64,000 nt of DNA from contig JACZSK010000003.1 of assembly GCA_022574255.1 (NCBI GenBank), positions 7,270 through 71,269 on the forward strand, given 5' to 3'. The DNA is from Pseudomonadota bacterium (lineage in GTDB: Bacteria; Pseudomonadota; Alphaproteobacteria; Sphingomonadales; SMXR01). Under the pieces are notes generated by a model, which saw only the letters and a program-made list of their open reading frames with translations, searched no databases and had not been told where the DNA came from. Shown here piece after piece: positions 44,796-54,523 of the stretch. Within the stretch, counting starts at the first letter, position 1, and every line of letters begins with the position of its first letter. Both the position numbers and the translations under genes were made by a program.

Positions 44796-45890
44796 GTGGC
44801 AAGTCTGAACAGAAGATGGTTTGCGGCCCCGGCGGCCGTAATGGCAATAATCATGGCCAGTAGTTTCGCCTTGACCGGCAGCGCGCTGGCCAAGACCTAT
44901 ACGCTGAGGATTGGCTCGGGCCACCCCGCAGGCCCTGCGGTCTATGTGACCATGATGCGCGACTACTTTGTGCCCGAGGTGGAGCGCCGGGTAGCCGCGG
45001 AGACCGAACACAAAATCAATTTTGTCGAGGGCTACGGTGGTTCCATCGCCAAAGTGGCGGAAACGCTGGAGGCGGTGCAGGCTGGCCTGCTGGACATCGG
45101 CGGCTATTGCACCTGTTTTGAGCCGGCCAAGCTGTTCCTGCATAATTTCCCCTATTTCGTGCCTTTTGGCCCCCAGGATTCGGTGCAGGCCATCCGCGTG
45201 ACGCGCGCGGTCTATAACCAGTTTCCCTGGCTGACCGCGCAATTCAGCGAAAGATACGGCCAGGAACTGCTGGCCCTGAACGGCTGGGATAATTATCACC
45301 TCGGCACCATCGATCCATGGGAGACCATTGCTGACCTGAAGGGCGTCAAGATTGGCGGCGCCGGGCCAAACTTGCCCTGGCTGGAATATGCCGGCTCCAT
45401 CCCCGTGCAGTCGACATTGCCCGACGGTTATATGTCGCTGCAGACCGGCGTCTATTCCGGCTGGCTGATGTTTCCTTCAGCCTACCTGAGCTTCAAGTTT
45501 CACGAGCCGGCACCCAATTACACGCTGATCGGCTTCGGCGCCATGGGCGTTGTAGCGATCACCATGAACAAGCGTTCCATGAGGCGCCTGCCGCCGGAGG
45601 TTCAGCAGATTATCCGTGAGGTCGGGCGCGCCTATGAGGCCGAGGCGGCAGAGGCGCTGCAAGCCGGACAGGTGAACGGGCTGGCGGGCCTCCGCGAGGC
45701 CGGAGCCAATGTGCGCGAATTGCCCGCTGGCGTGCGCGCCGACTGGGCCGAATCGCTGAAAGATTTTCCCAACCGCATGGCCAAGGATGCCGACGGGCGG
45801 GGTATGCCAGGGTCGGCTGTGATGCGCGCCTATATCCAGCAGGTCAAGAAAGACGGCTACGTCTGGCCCAAGGAATATGTAATCGAGTAG
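44796..45890 (+). CDS. TRAP transporter substrate-binding protein (DctP family)
   Basis: GTG start 7 nt after an AAGGAG SD. Signal peptide. The DctP-like body begins ...YTLRIGSGHPAG.... 364 aa. Confidence 0.75.
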   Translation: MASLNRRWFAAPAAVMAIIMASSFALTGSALAKTYTLRIGSGHPAGPAVYVTMMRDYFVPEVERRVAAETEHKINFVEGYGGSIAKVAETLEAVQAGLLDIGGYCTCFEPAKLFLHNFPYFVPFGPQDSVQAIRVTRAVYNQFPWLTAQFSERYGQELLALNGWDNYHLGTIDPWETIADLKGVKIGGAGPNLPWLEYAGSIPVQSTLPDGYMSLQTGVYSGWLMFPSAYLSFKFHEPAPNYTLIGFGAMGVVAITMNKRSMRRLPPEVQQIIREVGRAYEAEAAEALQAGQVNGLAGLREAGANVRELPAGVRADWAESLKDFPNRMAKDADGRGMPGSAVMRAYIQQVKKDGYVWPKEYVIE

Positions 45891-45900
45891 TGAGCCAAAA

Positions 45901-46866
45901 ATGAGCAAATTAACAATCGCCGTCACCGACCATGTTTTCCCCAATCTCGACCATGCCGAGCGCGTGCTCTCGGGCCTCGATGCCGAGATCAGGCTGGCCA
46001 GTGAGCCGACCGAGGAGGCGATCCTGGAGGTCGCCCGCGAGGCCGACGGCCTGATGGTCACTTTCGCGCAGATAACCGCCGGGCTGATCAGCGGGCTGGA
46101 GCGCTGCAAATCCATTGGCCGCTTCGGTATCGGTGTCGATAATATTGATCTGGAGGCCGCCACCAAGGCCGGCATTCAGGTCACCTATGTGCCTGATTAT
46201 TGCGTCGACGAGGTCTCGGACCACGCGTTGACATTGCTGCTGTCACTGGCCCGCAAGATACCCGAGGCCAACAGCCTTGTGCAATCGGGTCGCTGGAGCG
46301 CCGCCGACCTGGCGCCTGTCTATCGCATTCGTGGGCGCACGCTGGGCCTGGCCGGGCTGGGCAAGATTCCCCAGACCCTGGCGCCAAAAGCGCAGGCGCT
46401 GGGCATGACAGTTATTGCCGCCGACCCGTTTGTGCCGGCGGAAGTGGCCAAATCCCTGGATGTGGAGTTGGTCGATTTTGATACCCTCCTGGCGCGCAGT
46501 GATTATATTTCAATCCACGCGCCGTTGACCGACGAAACCCACCATATGTTTGATGCCGACGCGTTCGGAAAAATGAAAAACGAAGCTCTGTTGATCAACA
46601 CGGCGCGGGGGCCGCTGATCGACGAAGAGGCGCTGGTGGCGGCATTGGACGCGGGCGAAATCGGCGGCGCCGCCCTCGACGTTATTACTACGGAGCCCCC
46701 GGCAGCGGATTTTCCCCTGCTCGGTCGTGATAATGTGATCCTCACGCCCCACGCGGCTTTTTATTCGGTGGATGCCCTGGTCGATCTGCAGACCAAAGCG
46801 GCGGAAGACGTGGTGGCGGTGCTGACCGGCAAGACACCCCGCTACCCGGTCAATAAGCTGGACTGA
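45901..46866 (+). CDS. D-isomer-specific 2-hydroxyacid dehydrogenase family protein
   Basis: 321 aa. NAD motif GLAGLGKIPQ. Catalytic region LINTARGPLIDEEAL...ALDV...TPHAAF. Confidence 0.9.
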   Translation: MSKLTIAVTDHVFPNLDHAERVLSGLDAEIRLASEPTEEAILEVAREADGLMVTFAQITAGLISGLERCKSIGRFGIGVDNIDLEAATKAGIQVTYVPDYCVDEVSDHALTLLLSLARKIPEANSLVQSGRWSAADLAPVYRIRGRTLGLAGLGKIPQTLAPKAQALGMTVIAADPFVPAEVAKSLDVELVDFDTLLARSDYISIHAPLTDETHHMFDADAFGKMKNEALLINTARGPLIDEEALVAALDAGEIGGAALDVITTEPPAADFPLLGRDNVILTPHAAFYSVDALVDLQTKAAEDVVAVLTGKTPRYPVNKLD

Positions 46867-46893
46867 TAAAGCGCGGCAAAGGATATTTCCGGC

Positions 46894-47886
46894 ATGTTGA
46901 AAACAGTGATGGTGGGTCTCGGCTGGTGGGGCCGGCATATTGTGGGCGCGCTGGAGGGTTCGAAGCGCATCAGCATTGTCGGTGTCACGTCGCACAGCCC
47001 GGAAAAGCATCGTGATTTTGCCGACGAGAAGGGCATCGCGCTGTTGCCGTCATACCGGGTGGCGCTGGAGGATGCGGCTGTCGAAGCGGTAATACTCTGC
47101 ACCCCCCATTCTCAGCACGAAGACCAGGTGCTTCTGGCCTTGGCGGCGGGCAAGCAGGTTTTCTGCGAAAAGCCGTTGGCATTGTCGAAGGCCAGCGCCG
47201 AGAAGATGATTGCCGCGGCGGCGTCGGCGGGGGTCATTCTGGGCATCGGTCACGAGCGCCGCTTCGAGCCGACCATGGAAGAAATAGCGCGGCTGGCGGC
47301 ATCGGGAGAGATGGGCACCCATATGCATGTGGAGGCCAATTTTTCCCATGATATTCTGACCAAGCTGGCGACAGACAGCTGGCGCACCGCCGCCGAAGAA
47401 GCCCCAGCGGCCGGCATGACCGGCATGGGTGTGCATTTGACGGACCTGTTCATTGCCATGTTCGGGCCGATCGAGGCGGTATGCGCTTCAACTGCTGCTC
47501 GCGTGCTCGACCTGCCATCCGGTGATCTGGTGACCGTGCAATTCCGCTTTGTCTCCGGGGCGACCGGTTTTCTGTCGGCCATTTCGGCGACGCCGTATTA
47601 CGGGCGCTTTACGCTTTTTGGCGACCAGATGTGGGCTGAGGCGCGGGACGAGGGGCACCCCCAGCAGGGCGGCAAAACCAATTTAATCACCTGCGGCAAG
47701 GACGGCGTACAGCACAACCACACTTTCGCGGCCAAGGACCCGGTCCGCGCCAATCTTGAGGAATGGGCCGCGGCTGTCGCCGGCGAAGGAGACTACCGCT
47801 TCACCGACGACCAAAAAATCGGCAACGTGGCCGTTCTTGAGGCCATCGCACGCTCTGTAGAATCCGGCGGTTGGGAAGACGTCTGA
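46894..47886 (+). CDS. Gfo/Idh/MocA-family oxidoreductase
   Basis: 330 aa. N-terminal VGLGWWGRH Rossmann motif and the EKPLAL motif. Confidence 0.85.
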   Translation: MLKTVMVGLGWWGRHIVGALEGSKRISIVGVTSHSPEKHRDFADEKGIALLPSYRVALEDAAVEAVILCTPHSQHEDQVLLALAAGKQVFCEKPLALSKASAEKMIAAAASAGVILGIGHERRFEPTMEEIARLAASGEMGTHMHVEANFSHDILTKLATDSWRTAAEEAPAAGMTGMGVHLTDLFIAMFGPIEAVCASTAARVLDLPSGDLVTVQFRFVSGATGFLSAISATPYYGRFTLFGDQMWAEARDEGHPQQGGKTNLITCGKDGVQHNHTFAAKDPVRANLEEWAAAVAGEGDYRFTDDQKIGNVAVLEAIARSVESGGWEDV

Positions 47887-47982
47887 CGCCGCCCGCGGGT
47901 CGCACATAGCAAATTAATTGACGAAATCGGCTGGCCGGGCCATGCGGCTTCTCACTTTTGTTGCCGGCTCCCCGACCTCTGC

Positions 47983-47996
47983 TGCAAACGTTTGCA
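47983..47996. promoter_or_regulatory. Operator-like palindrome copy 7: TGCAAACGTTTGCA (perfect)
   Basis: 63-129 bp upstream of the NHL-repeat protein gene, depending on which start is used. Confidence 0.7.
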
Positions 47997-48124
47997 TTGA
48001 CGTGAGACTCGCCCTAATTGTGGGCAGGGGAAAATGTTGAAAAAACACCCGTCAGGCAATGTCACCTTCAGGCAATGGAGCAATGTCGAAAGACAAAACA
48101 AAAAAATTGGGGAGCGTTATAATC

Positions 48125-49987
48125 ATGAGTAATAGTATGCGTATGGGGGCCAATGTTGCGGCATTTCTGCTGTTTGCATTTGCCAGTTTCGGCCTGGGGT
48201 CGGCCGCTTCATGGGGCCAGTCAGACCCTGTCGGGGAAGGGCCCAACTTCAACAATCCACGCGGCATTGCCGCTGAAGCCAACGGCGATCTGGTCGTCGC
48301 GGACTTTGGCAATGGCAACATTTACAGGGTCGATGCGCTGACCGGAAATCGCGTCATTCTTTCCGACAACGACAATGCCGCGCAGGGGGCCGCACTGAGC
48401 CAGCCGGCGGGAATTGTCGTGCTGTCGGACGGGCGCATATTTGTCTCGGACCTTGCCTTGTCGTCGGTGGTCGAAATTGACGCTGTCACCGGCGCGCGCT
48501 ATCTGCTGGCCGGTGGCGACGGGTCTATCCTGGCGCCCTTCGGCCTGGCGGCAGGCATTCTGGACGGCCGCCTGACGCTGGTGGTTGCCGATACCGGCAG
48601 CCTGCCCGGCGAAGACGTGATTGGCCCGCTGCTGATTGACCCCGACACGGGCGTGGTCACGGCGCTGCGTATCAAGCGTAACAACCGCATTCTCTATAAC
48701 GATCCGCGCTCGGTGGCCGTTCTCGATGGCGATGCGGCCGGCAAGAATGCCGGGCGCATTCTGGTCACCAATTTCGGCGTTGGCGAGATTATAAGCGTGC
48801 ATCCGGTCTCCGGTACGCGGAAGATGATTTCGCAGAACGCCGAGGGCGATTCAACGGGCGTCGGTAGTGGCAATGCCTTCAGCAGCATTTCCGATATTGC
48901 TGTTTCCGCAGATGGCGGCAGCGTCATTGTTGTTGATCTGGGCTCCGACACCATTGTTTCCGTTGATCTTCGCCACGGTGACCGGACCGTTCTCTCAACC
49001 TCGGCCACGCCGCCGGTCGGGTCGGGCGCAGATTTCCGCTCGCCGCACGGCATAGAGGTTGTCGAAGGCGGTCTGATGATCTCCGATTTCGGCATCCCCG
49101 GAATACTCTTCGTCGCCGATGACGGCAGCCGCAGTCTTTTCTCGACCACGCCGGTTAATGGCTTTGTCGGTATTCGCGATATCAGCATGCAGGCCGACGG
49201 TGCTATTTCCGCGGCCGACTTTGGCGGCAACCGCATTTTCCTGGTTGACCCGGTAACCGGCGAGCGGTTCCTGGTTGCCAGCGGCGCCCCCTTTAACGGC
49301 CCGGTCTCGGCCATTGAGCTGGATGACGCCACGCTGGCGGTCTCACAATTCCAGAACCCGGCGTTGATTCATTTTGTCGATAAAGCCACCGGGACACGTT
49401 CGGTGCTTTCAGAGCCCGGCGTTCGGGGAACGGGGCCTGCTGTTGCGGCACGGGGATTCATTCTGGATCCCAATGACGCCAACCGCATACTTGCCACCAG
49501 CTTCAACGAAGACGCGGTCATCGCCGTTGATATTTCCACCGGAGACAGGACATTCCAGTCCAAGGATGGCGTGCGGGGCGGCGGTGTTGCGCTGAACAAC
49601 CCGCTGGGCATTGCGGTTGATCCCTTCGATGGCACAATCTACGTCTCGGATATTGGCGCAAATGCCATTTTCGCCATTGATGCCGCCGGAAACCGCAGCA
49701 TTCTGTCCTCCAACTCCGGTGTAGGCGCAGGGCCAAATTTTGCCCGGCCATTCGGGGTCAGCGTAATTGACGGCGAGATTTTCGTCGCCGACGCCTCGGG
49801 GGTCATACGGGTGGATGCCCTGACCGGTGACCGCGTCATGGTATCGCCGGGTGGACCACTGTTTGCGGTGCGCAAGCGCGATGCGGACAGCCTGTTTGTC
49901 TCCAGTTTCGGTGGCGTTCAGGGCATTCAGATTGTCGATAAGGCAACGGGCGCGCGCTCGGTTCTATCCAACGCCGACAATCCCTGA
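48125..49987 (+). CDS. Secreted NHL-like repeat beta-propeller protein (about a dozen repeats)
   Basis: The track ORF starts at 48059. ATG 48125 follows a GGGGAG SD and gives a signal peptide (MSNSMRMGANVAAFLLFAFASFGLGSAASWG). Repeats are of the type PRGIAAEANGDLVVADFGNGNIYRVDALTGNRVILS and PLGIAVDPFDGTIYVSDIGANAIFAIDAAGNRSILS. Confidence 0.65.
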   Translation: MSNSMRMGANVAAFLLFAFASFGLGSAASWGQSDPVGEGPNFNNPRGIAAEANGDLVVADFGNGNIYRVDALTGNRVILSDNDNAAQGAALSQPAGIVVLSDGRIFVSDLALSSVVEIDAVTGARYLLAGGDGSILAPFGLAAGILDGRLTLVVADTGSLPGEDVIGPLLIDPDTGVVTALRIKRNNRILYNDPRSVAVLDGDAAGKNAGRILVTNFGVGEIISVHPVSGTRKMISQNAEGDSTGVGSGNAFSSISDIAVSADGGSVIVVDLGSDTIVSVDLRHGDRTVLSTSATPPVGSGADFRSPHGIEVVEGGLMISDFGIPGILFVADDGSRSLFSTTPVNGFVGIRDISMQADGAISAADFGGNRIFLVDPVTGERFLVASGAPFNGPVSAIELDDATLAVSQFQNPALIHFVDKATGTRSVLSEPGVRGTGPAVAARGFILDPNDANRILATSFNEDAVIAVDISTGDRTFQSKDGVRGGGVALNNPLGIAVDPFDGTIYVSDIGANAIFAIDAAGNRSILSSNSGVGAGPNFARPFGVSVIDGEIFVADASGVIRVDALTGDRVMVSPGGPLFAVRKRDADSLFVSSFGGVQGIQIVDKATGARSVLSNADNP

Positions 49988-50027
49988 GGAAAGCCCAGGC
50001 AGTCAATTCTGCCGATACAAACGAATG

Positions 50028-50056
50028 GGGCGCGGAGGCCGAACGCTTTCGCGCCC
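50028..50056. terminator. Hairpin between convergent genes (putative bidirectional terminator)
   Basis: GGGCGCG-N15-CGCGCCC followed by TTATT. It sits between the NHL gene stop (49987) and the MBL gene stop (50057). Confidence 0.5.
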
Positions 50057-50911
50057 TTATTCCGCCTCGTCCAGTATCCGGTACATGCCCTCGACATTCA
50101 GCGGCAACCATGCCTCGTAAAACCCCCAGTCGGCATAGTCCGGCAGGGAAATCCGGGCCTGCGCCTGGGCAACCGACAGCCCCTCTTCCCGCGCCGCACT
50201 GACCTGAGCCAGCAGCGCCTCTAAATATTCCTTCTCGACGGTCACGTCCGCCGGAACACCGTTAGGGCCGTGGGCGGTTACCAGGATGTCGTAGTCCAGC
50301 GCCTCGATATTTTTCAGCGCCTCAATGGCGCCGGGAATGTGATAGTGGGGCAGGGTCTGAAAGGGCAATCTCTTGACCGAAACCAGGTCGACCATGAACA
50401 GCGCGCGCTCCTCGGGAAAGCGCATGGCGATCAGGTTGTTTGTGTGGCTGGGGCCGGGGAAAATCAATTCCACTGTCTTGCCGCCCAGCGTCAGGTCCAT
50501 CCTGTCTTCAAAGGTGACTGTCGGCGCGGGGCTGTGTCCCGATGCTTCGAAAATCGGGACCGACGCCGCATGGCCCACAAAAGTGGCGGTGTCGGCAAAA
50601 ACCTCGCCGCCCGTTGTGTGGTCGGCGTCGCTGTGGCTGTAGACAACATAGCGAACCGGCTGGTCAAAGCGCTTTGCCATTTCGGCCTTCAGCCATTCCG
50701 CGAATTCCCGGTTGATGGGATCGGTGGCGATGATGCCCTCATCGGTGACCAGAAAGACCGAATAATGAAAGTTGTTCTGTGCCCGGTAGAGCCCCCCGGC
50801 GATGTGGGTAATCGAGCGGGTGGCCTCCTGCTGTGCCTGAACCGCGCTGCTGGCAACCCAGGCGGTGGTGGCAATGGCGGATGCGGCGATCAGATTAAGA
50901 ATTTTCGTCAT
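50057..50911 (-). CDS. MBL-fold metallo-hydrolase, periplasmic
   Basis: 284 aa. Signal peptide (...AVQAQ). Metal motif YSHSDADHTTGG. Downstream His (VTAHGP). Confidence 0.8.
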   Translation of the reverse strand: MTKILNLIAASAIATTAWVASSAVQAQQEATRSITHIAGGLYRAQNNFHYSVFLVTDEGIIATDPINREFAEWLKAEMAKRFDQPVRYVVYSHSDADHTTGGEVFADTATFVGHAASVPIFEASGHSPAPTVTFEDRMDLTLGGKTVELIFPGPSHTNNLIAMRFPEERALFMVDLVSVKRLPFQTLPHYHIPGAIEALKNIEALDYDILVTAHGPNGVPADVTVEKEYLEALLAQVSAAREEGLSVAQAQARISLPDYADWGFYEAWLPLNVEGMYRILDEAE

Positions 50912-50942
50912 GGCAAAACTCCCCCAGTATGACCGCGAAGCC

Positions 50943-52169
50943 CTAAGGGCTCAATATCCCCTTGGCCAGCGCGGCGAATTCCTCTGAAGTCATCAGGCGC
51001 TTGTTGGCCAGCCCCCATTCCTTGACCGCCATCAGCACTTCCATAGCCTTTTCTTCCGAGGCCTGAATCTGGGCGCGCTCCAGCCACAATTTCACGCTGT
51101 CGATGCCCGAACCCTTGCCCATGACAACCTGCGGCGGATCGCGGCCGATCAGTTCCGGGCGGTAAGGGAAAACCTCGGTCAAATGCTCGTCGCCGCAGTT
51201 GATCAGCCAGGTGGCGATGATGCCCGATTCAACGTTGAAGGCATGCTCGCCGGCGATCGGCCGGTTGCCCGGGATCGGGTGGCCGGTGATCTCGTGGATC
51301 ATCATGGCAAGATCATACATTTTGTCGAACTTCACCCCGATATCGATGTCGTACATGGTCAGCAGCGCCAGCGCCACTTCCTCCCAGGGCGTATTGCCGG
51401 CGCGCTCGCCGATGCCCATGATGGTCGACTGCACAACTTCAACGCCTTCGGCCAGCGCCATGATGGTGTTGGCCACGCCCATGCCGAAGTCCATGTGGAA
51501 ATGCGCCTCCAGCGGCGTATCGGGGAAGCGCGCCTTGACCTGGCGGACGAAGAACTGCATGGCGTGGGGCGATGTGGCGCCGAAGGTATCGACCAGCACC
51601 AGGCTGTCCATATGCCCTTCATCCGCGACCCGGTCGATCAGGTCCAGCACCCAGCTCATTTCGGCGCGGGTGAAGTCGATGGGGAAAAAGACCACCTCCA
51701 GCCCCTGCTCGTGGGCGTAAGCGGTGGATTCGATCGACAGATCCACGGCCCGCTCCAGCGGCCATTTGTAGCCGTATTTGATGATATGCTCGCTGGACGG
51801 CACCTCCATGACGATGCCGTCCACCCCGGTATCCACGGCGCGTTTCACGTCATCGATCATGCAGCGCGAGAAGGCAAAAATCTGCGGCCCTAAGTTGCGC
51901 TTGACGATCTCGCGTATGGCGGCATCGTCCTGCGGGCTGACCACCGGCATGCCTGCTTCAATGCGATGGATACCGGCTTCCGCCAGCCCCTCGGCAATTC
52001 TGATCTTGTCGTCAAAATCGAGCGCGATGCCGGTCTGCTGCTCGCCGTCTCTGAGCGTCACATCGTGGATTTTGATCTTTTCGGGGAAATTCAGGCCGGC
52101 TGTCACCTCGTCGGCGAAATTCCACGGGCTGGTGAACCAGTCTTTCGTTTTCCAGGGTTGCTCACTCAC
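50943..52169 (-). CDS. HMGL-like / pyruvate carboxyltransferase family protein (2-isopropylmalate/citramalate/homocitrate synthase or aldolase type)
   Basis: 408 aa. IKIHDVTLRDGEQQTGIAL...IHRIEAG is the DRE-TIM metallolyase signature. FHMDFGMGVANT follows. GTG start with AAGGAA 8 nt upstream. Confidence 0.75.
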   Translation of the reverse strand: MSEQPWKTKDWFTSPWNFADEVTAGLNFPEKIKIHDVTLRDGEQQTGIALDFDDKIRIAEGLAEAGIHRIEAGMPVVSPQDDAAIREIVKRNLGPQIFAFSRCMIDDVKRAVDTGVDGIVMEVPSSEHIIKYGYKWPLERAVDLSIESTAYAHEQGLEVVFFPIDFTRAEMSWVLDLIDRVADEGHMDSLVLVDTFGATSPHAMQFFVRQVKARFPDTPLEAHFHMDFGMGVANTIMALAEGVEVVQSTIMGIGERAGNTPWEEVALALLTMYDIDIGVKFDKMYDLAMMIHEITGHPIPGNRPIAGEHAFNVESGIIATWLINCGDEHLTEVFPYRPELIGRDPPQVVMGKGSGIDSVKLWLERAQIQASEEKAMEVLMAVKEWGLANKRLMTSEEFAALAKGILSP

Positions 52170-52182
52170 AGGTACAGTTCCT

Positions 52183-52908
52183 TTATTTTGCGGGCTTCGT
52201 TTTGGGTTCGTCCGGCTCTGTGGCGGCCATCACAACATCTACACGCATGCCGTTCTCGATGGCGCGCATCGGCTCAAGTCTCTCTTCCAGTTCGCGCAGG
52301 CTCGGCTCGGCCCGCACAAAACGGTCCAGCGAGGCGCGTTTGTAAGCGTAGATAGGGATATGCCGGTAGTATGGCGCGCCCCCGATTTCAGCCGGGTCGC
52401 GGCTGAAATTAAGGGCGCGGCCGACGCGGCTGCCGGCCAGAACATGAATGCGCCGTCTTGTCATCCACTCGACCTGAACCTTGACGATTTCGGAGTCCAA
52501 AGCCTGTTCGTCGTCAACTGGCTCAACCAGGGTCGCAATGTCGACCTCCTGGCTGGCCAGCGGATACATCAGGGCGCGGATCAGCGCCGGATCAATTCCG
52601 GGCAGGCCGCCGTGCAGGTTGACGACGATATCGTGGTTATAAAAACGGTCGAATTTATTGACCGTCGCGGCCACCCGCTCGGCCCCTGAACTGGTGCGGT
52701 AGTTGCGGGCGGTATCGTCCGGTTCGCCGCCCTTGCGGTAGATGTAAGCGCCGGCCTTTCCGACCGCTTCGGCGACGGCATCGTCCTCGCAATCGACAAT
52801 AACATTGCCGATGCCGGCCTCGACCGCGCGCCGCCAAGCCTCGATAACGCTCTCTTCGCCGCCCTCAAAAATGCCGGCGGGAATCACAATCAGCGGATTG
52901 CGCTCCAT
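52183..52908 (-). CDS. KdsB-like (CMP-KDO synthetase fold) protein with degenerate catalytic motifs
   Basis: ATG 52908 (MERNPLIVIPAG...). SGAERVAATVNKF..HDIVVNLHGGLPGIDPALI, RHIPIYAYKRASLDRFV and LEERLEPMRAIENGMRVDV align with E. coli KdsB SGTERLAEVVEK..DTVIVNVQGDEPMIPATI, RHLGIYGYRAGFIRRYV and IEMLEQLRVLWYGEKIHV. However IPARYASTRLPGKPL is replaced by IPAGIFEGGEESVIEAW, and QGDEP by HGGLP. Confidence 0.6.
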   Translation of the reverse strand: MERNPLIVIPAGIFEGGEESVIEAWRRAVEAGIGNVIVDCEDDAVAEAVGKAGAYIYRKGGEPDDTARNYRTSSGAERVAATVNKFDRFYNHDIVVNLHGGLPGIDPALIRALMYPLASQEVDIATLVEPVDDEQALDSEIVKVQVEWMTRRRIHVLAGSRVGRALNFSRDPAEIGGAPYYRHIPIYAYKRASLDRFVRAEPSLRELEERLEPMRAIENGMRVDVVMAATEPDEPKTKPAK

Positions 52909-52965
52909 ATGTTTGACCTCCGGCCCGATATTTTCCAACCCCACAGCTTTCGCCCCTTTTTTGCG

Positions 52966-54294
52966 TCAGGGCTGGTAGCCGCGAAGGCTGGGATGGTGGA
53001 AGTCGCCCAGGCGATAGTCGCCAACCGCTTCCTCCATATGCTCCATCTTGGTGAATATCACCGGGCCGTCCTTGGTTACCAGCACATTTTCTTCCAGCCG
53101 GCAGGTCTGTGGCAGGCCCGGATGGCCGGCGAAAGTCTCGATGGCGAAATACATGTTTTCCTTGATCTCGGCAGGGAACTTCAGCGAATAGGCGCGGCTC
53201 ATCCACATGCCCTCGTAAAGCGTAATGCCGATGGAATGGGCGAATTGCTGCAGGGTGACCGTGCCGTACTTGTCGTCGTCGTAGACCGGGAATTTGTCGG
53301 CCACATCGGCGGAGGTATTGCCCGGCCTGAGATTCTCGAGCCCCGCATACAGCGAATCGTAGGTCTCGCGGTACAGGTCAATCTCCTGGACGGTCATGCG
53401 TCCGGCGCATTTCAGCGTGCGCACGAAATCCACATAATAGCCGCCCGGGCCGACCGCGTTGATGTCGACAATGAGCAGGTCGCCCTGCTGAATCATCTTG
53501 TCGGTGGCCCAGCGGCGATAGGGGCTGGTGTTGCCGCCCGACGCGACGATGATGTCATAGATAATCTCGCAGCCGCGATCGAGCATGAACTTGTGTACCT
53601 GGGCCTCGATCTGGCGCTCGGTGACGCCCGGCCTCAGCCATTCGTGCTTGATATGCCACATGGCGGCATCGCCGATGCTCGCCGACATTTTCAGCAATTC
53701 GATCTCGTCGACGGTCTTGACCACGCGGGCGCGCGACATGGCCGGCCAACCGTTGACGATCTTCAGACCGGCTTTTTCAAGAGCGTGCAGCGCCGGCATG
53801 TCCATATTGTCGATGCCGATCTTTTCCTTCTCGACGCCATGTTCCTTCAACACGTCCAGCACGCTGGCGACCATTTTGTCGGCCATCTCGCTGACCGCGC
53901 CTTCGGCCCATTGCCAGGTCATGGCCGGGCGGATGCGATCTTCGAGCCAGGGCAGGTCCATTCTGGCACAATGCAGGTCGGAGCCGGCGGTCTCGAACAG
54001 CACCGGTTCTCCGTCGCGCGGCAGTACCGCATAGCGAATGTTGATATTATATTTCCAGTTGCCCTGGTACGAGCCGGTGAGATAGCGAATGTTGGCGCCG
54101 GCGAACAGAATCAGCGCACCCAGGTCGTCGGCTTCCATCTCCGCCCGCGCCTTGGCCAGGCGTTCGTTGCGCAGGCGCTCATGGTCGACGCGCAGCTGCC
54201 AGTCGGCGCCAACCGACGCGTAAAGCCGCCGCGGGTTGGTGTGATGCTGCTCCTGAATGAAATCGGTATTCAGGTCGTATCCCTTGTATTCCAT
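52966..54294 (-). CDS. M24-fold (creatinase/prolidase/DddP-like) hydrolase, second copy, substrate unknown
   Basis: 442 aa. AAGGAG SD. Motifs GDLLIVDINAVGPGGYYVDFVRTL, FAHSIGITLYE, NMYFAIETF and RLEENVLVT. Confidence 0.75.
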   Translation of the reverse strand: MEYKGYDLNTDFIQEQHHTNPRRLYASVGADWQLRVDHERLRNERLAKARAEMEADDLGALILFAGANIRYLTGSYQGNWKYNINIRYAVLPRDGEPVLFETAGSDLHCARMDLPWLEDRIRPAMTWQWAEGAVSEMADKMVASVLDVLKEHGVEKEKIGIDNMDMPALHALEKAGLKIVNGWPAMSRARVVKTVDEIELLKMSASIGDAAMWHIKHEWLRPGVTERQIEAQVHKFMLDRGCEIIYDIIVASGGNTSPYRRWATDKMIQQGDLLIVDINAVGPGGYYVDFVRTLKCAGRMTVQEIDLYRETYDSLYAGLENLRPGNTSADVADKFPVYDDDKYGTVTLQQFAHSIGITLYEGMWMSRAYSLKFPAEIKENMYFAIETFAGHPGLPQTCRLEENVLVTKDGPVIFTKMEHMEEAVGDYRLGDFHHPSLRGYQP

Positions 54295-54442
54295 CTCTAA
54301 CTCCTTCGCGGGGCGCCTCTTGAAGAGCGAATCCCAATCGATTGTTTTTCTTTATTTCCCGCTGGCCGGGATCGAGCTGCTGACTGTCCCGCCGGGGCAG
54401 GGGTCAATAACAGGGGAAATTATAGCGTCATTCGAGGCTATT

Positions 54443-54458
54443 ATGCAAACGATTGCAT
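54443..54458. promoter_or_regulatory. Operator-like palindrome copy 8: ATGCAAACGATTGCAT
   Basis: In the divergent region between M24 copy 2 (ATG 54294, -) and the 54524 (+) operon. Confidence 0.7.
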
Positions 54459-54523
54459 CCACCCGGGGTTTTGTTCTATCCTAGGAGACAGAAACCACCG
54501 CTTCAGATTGGAGGGAATCGACA

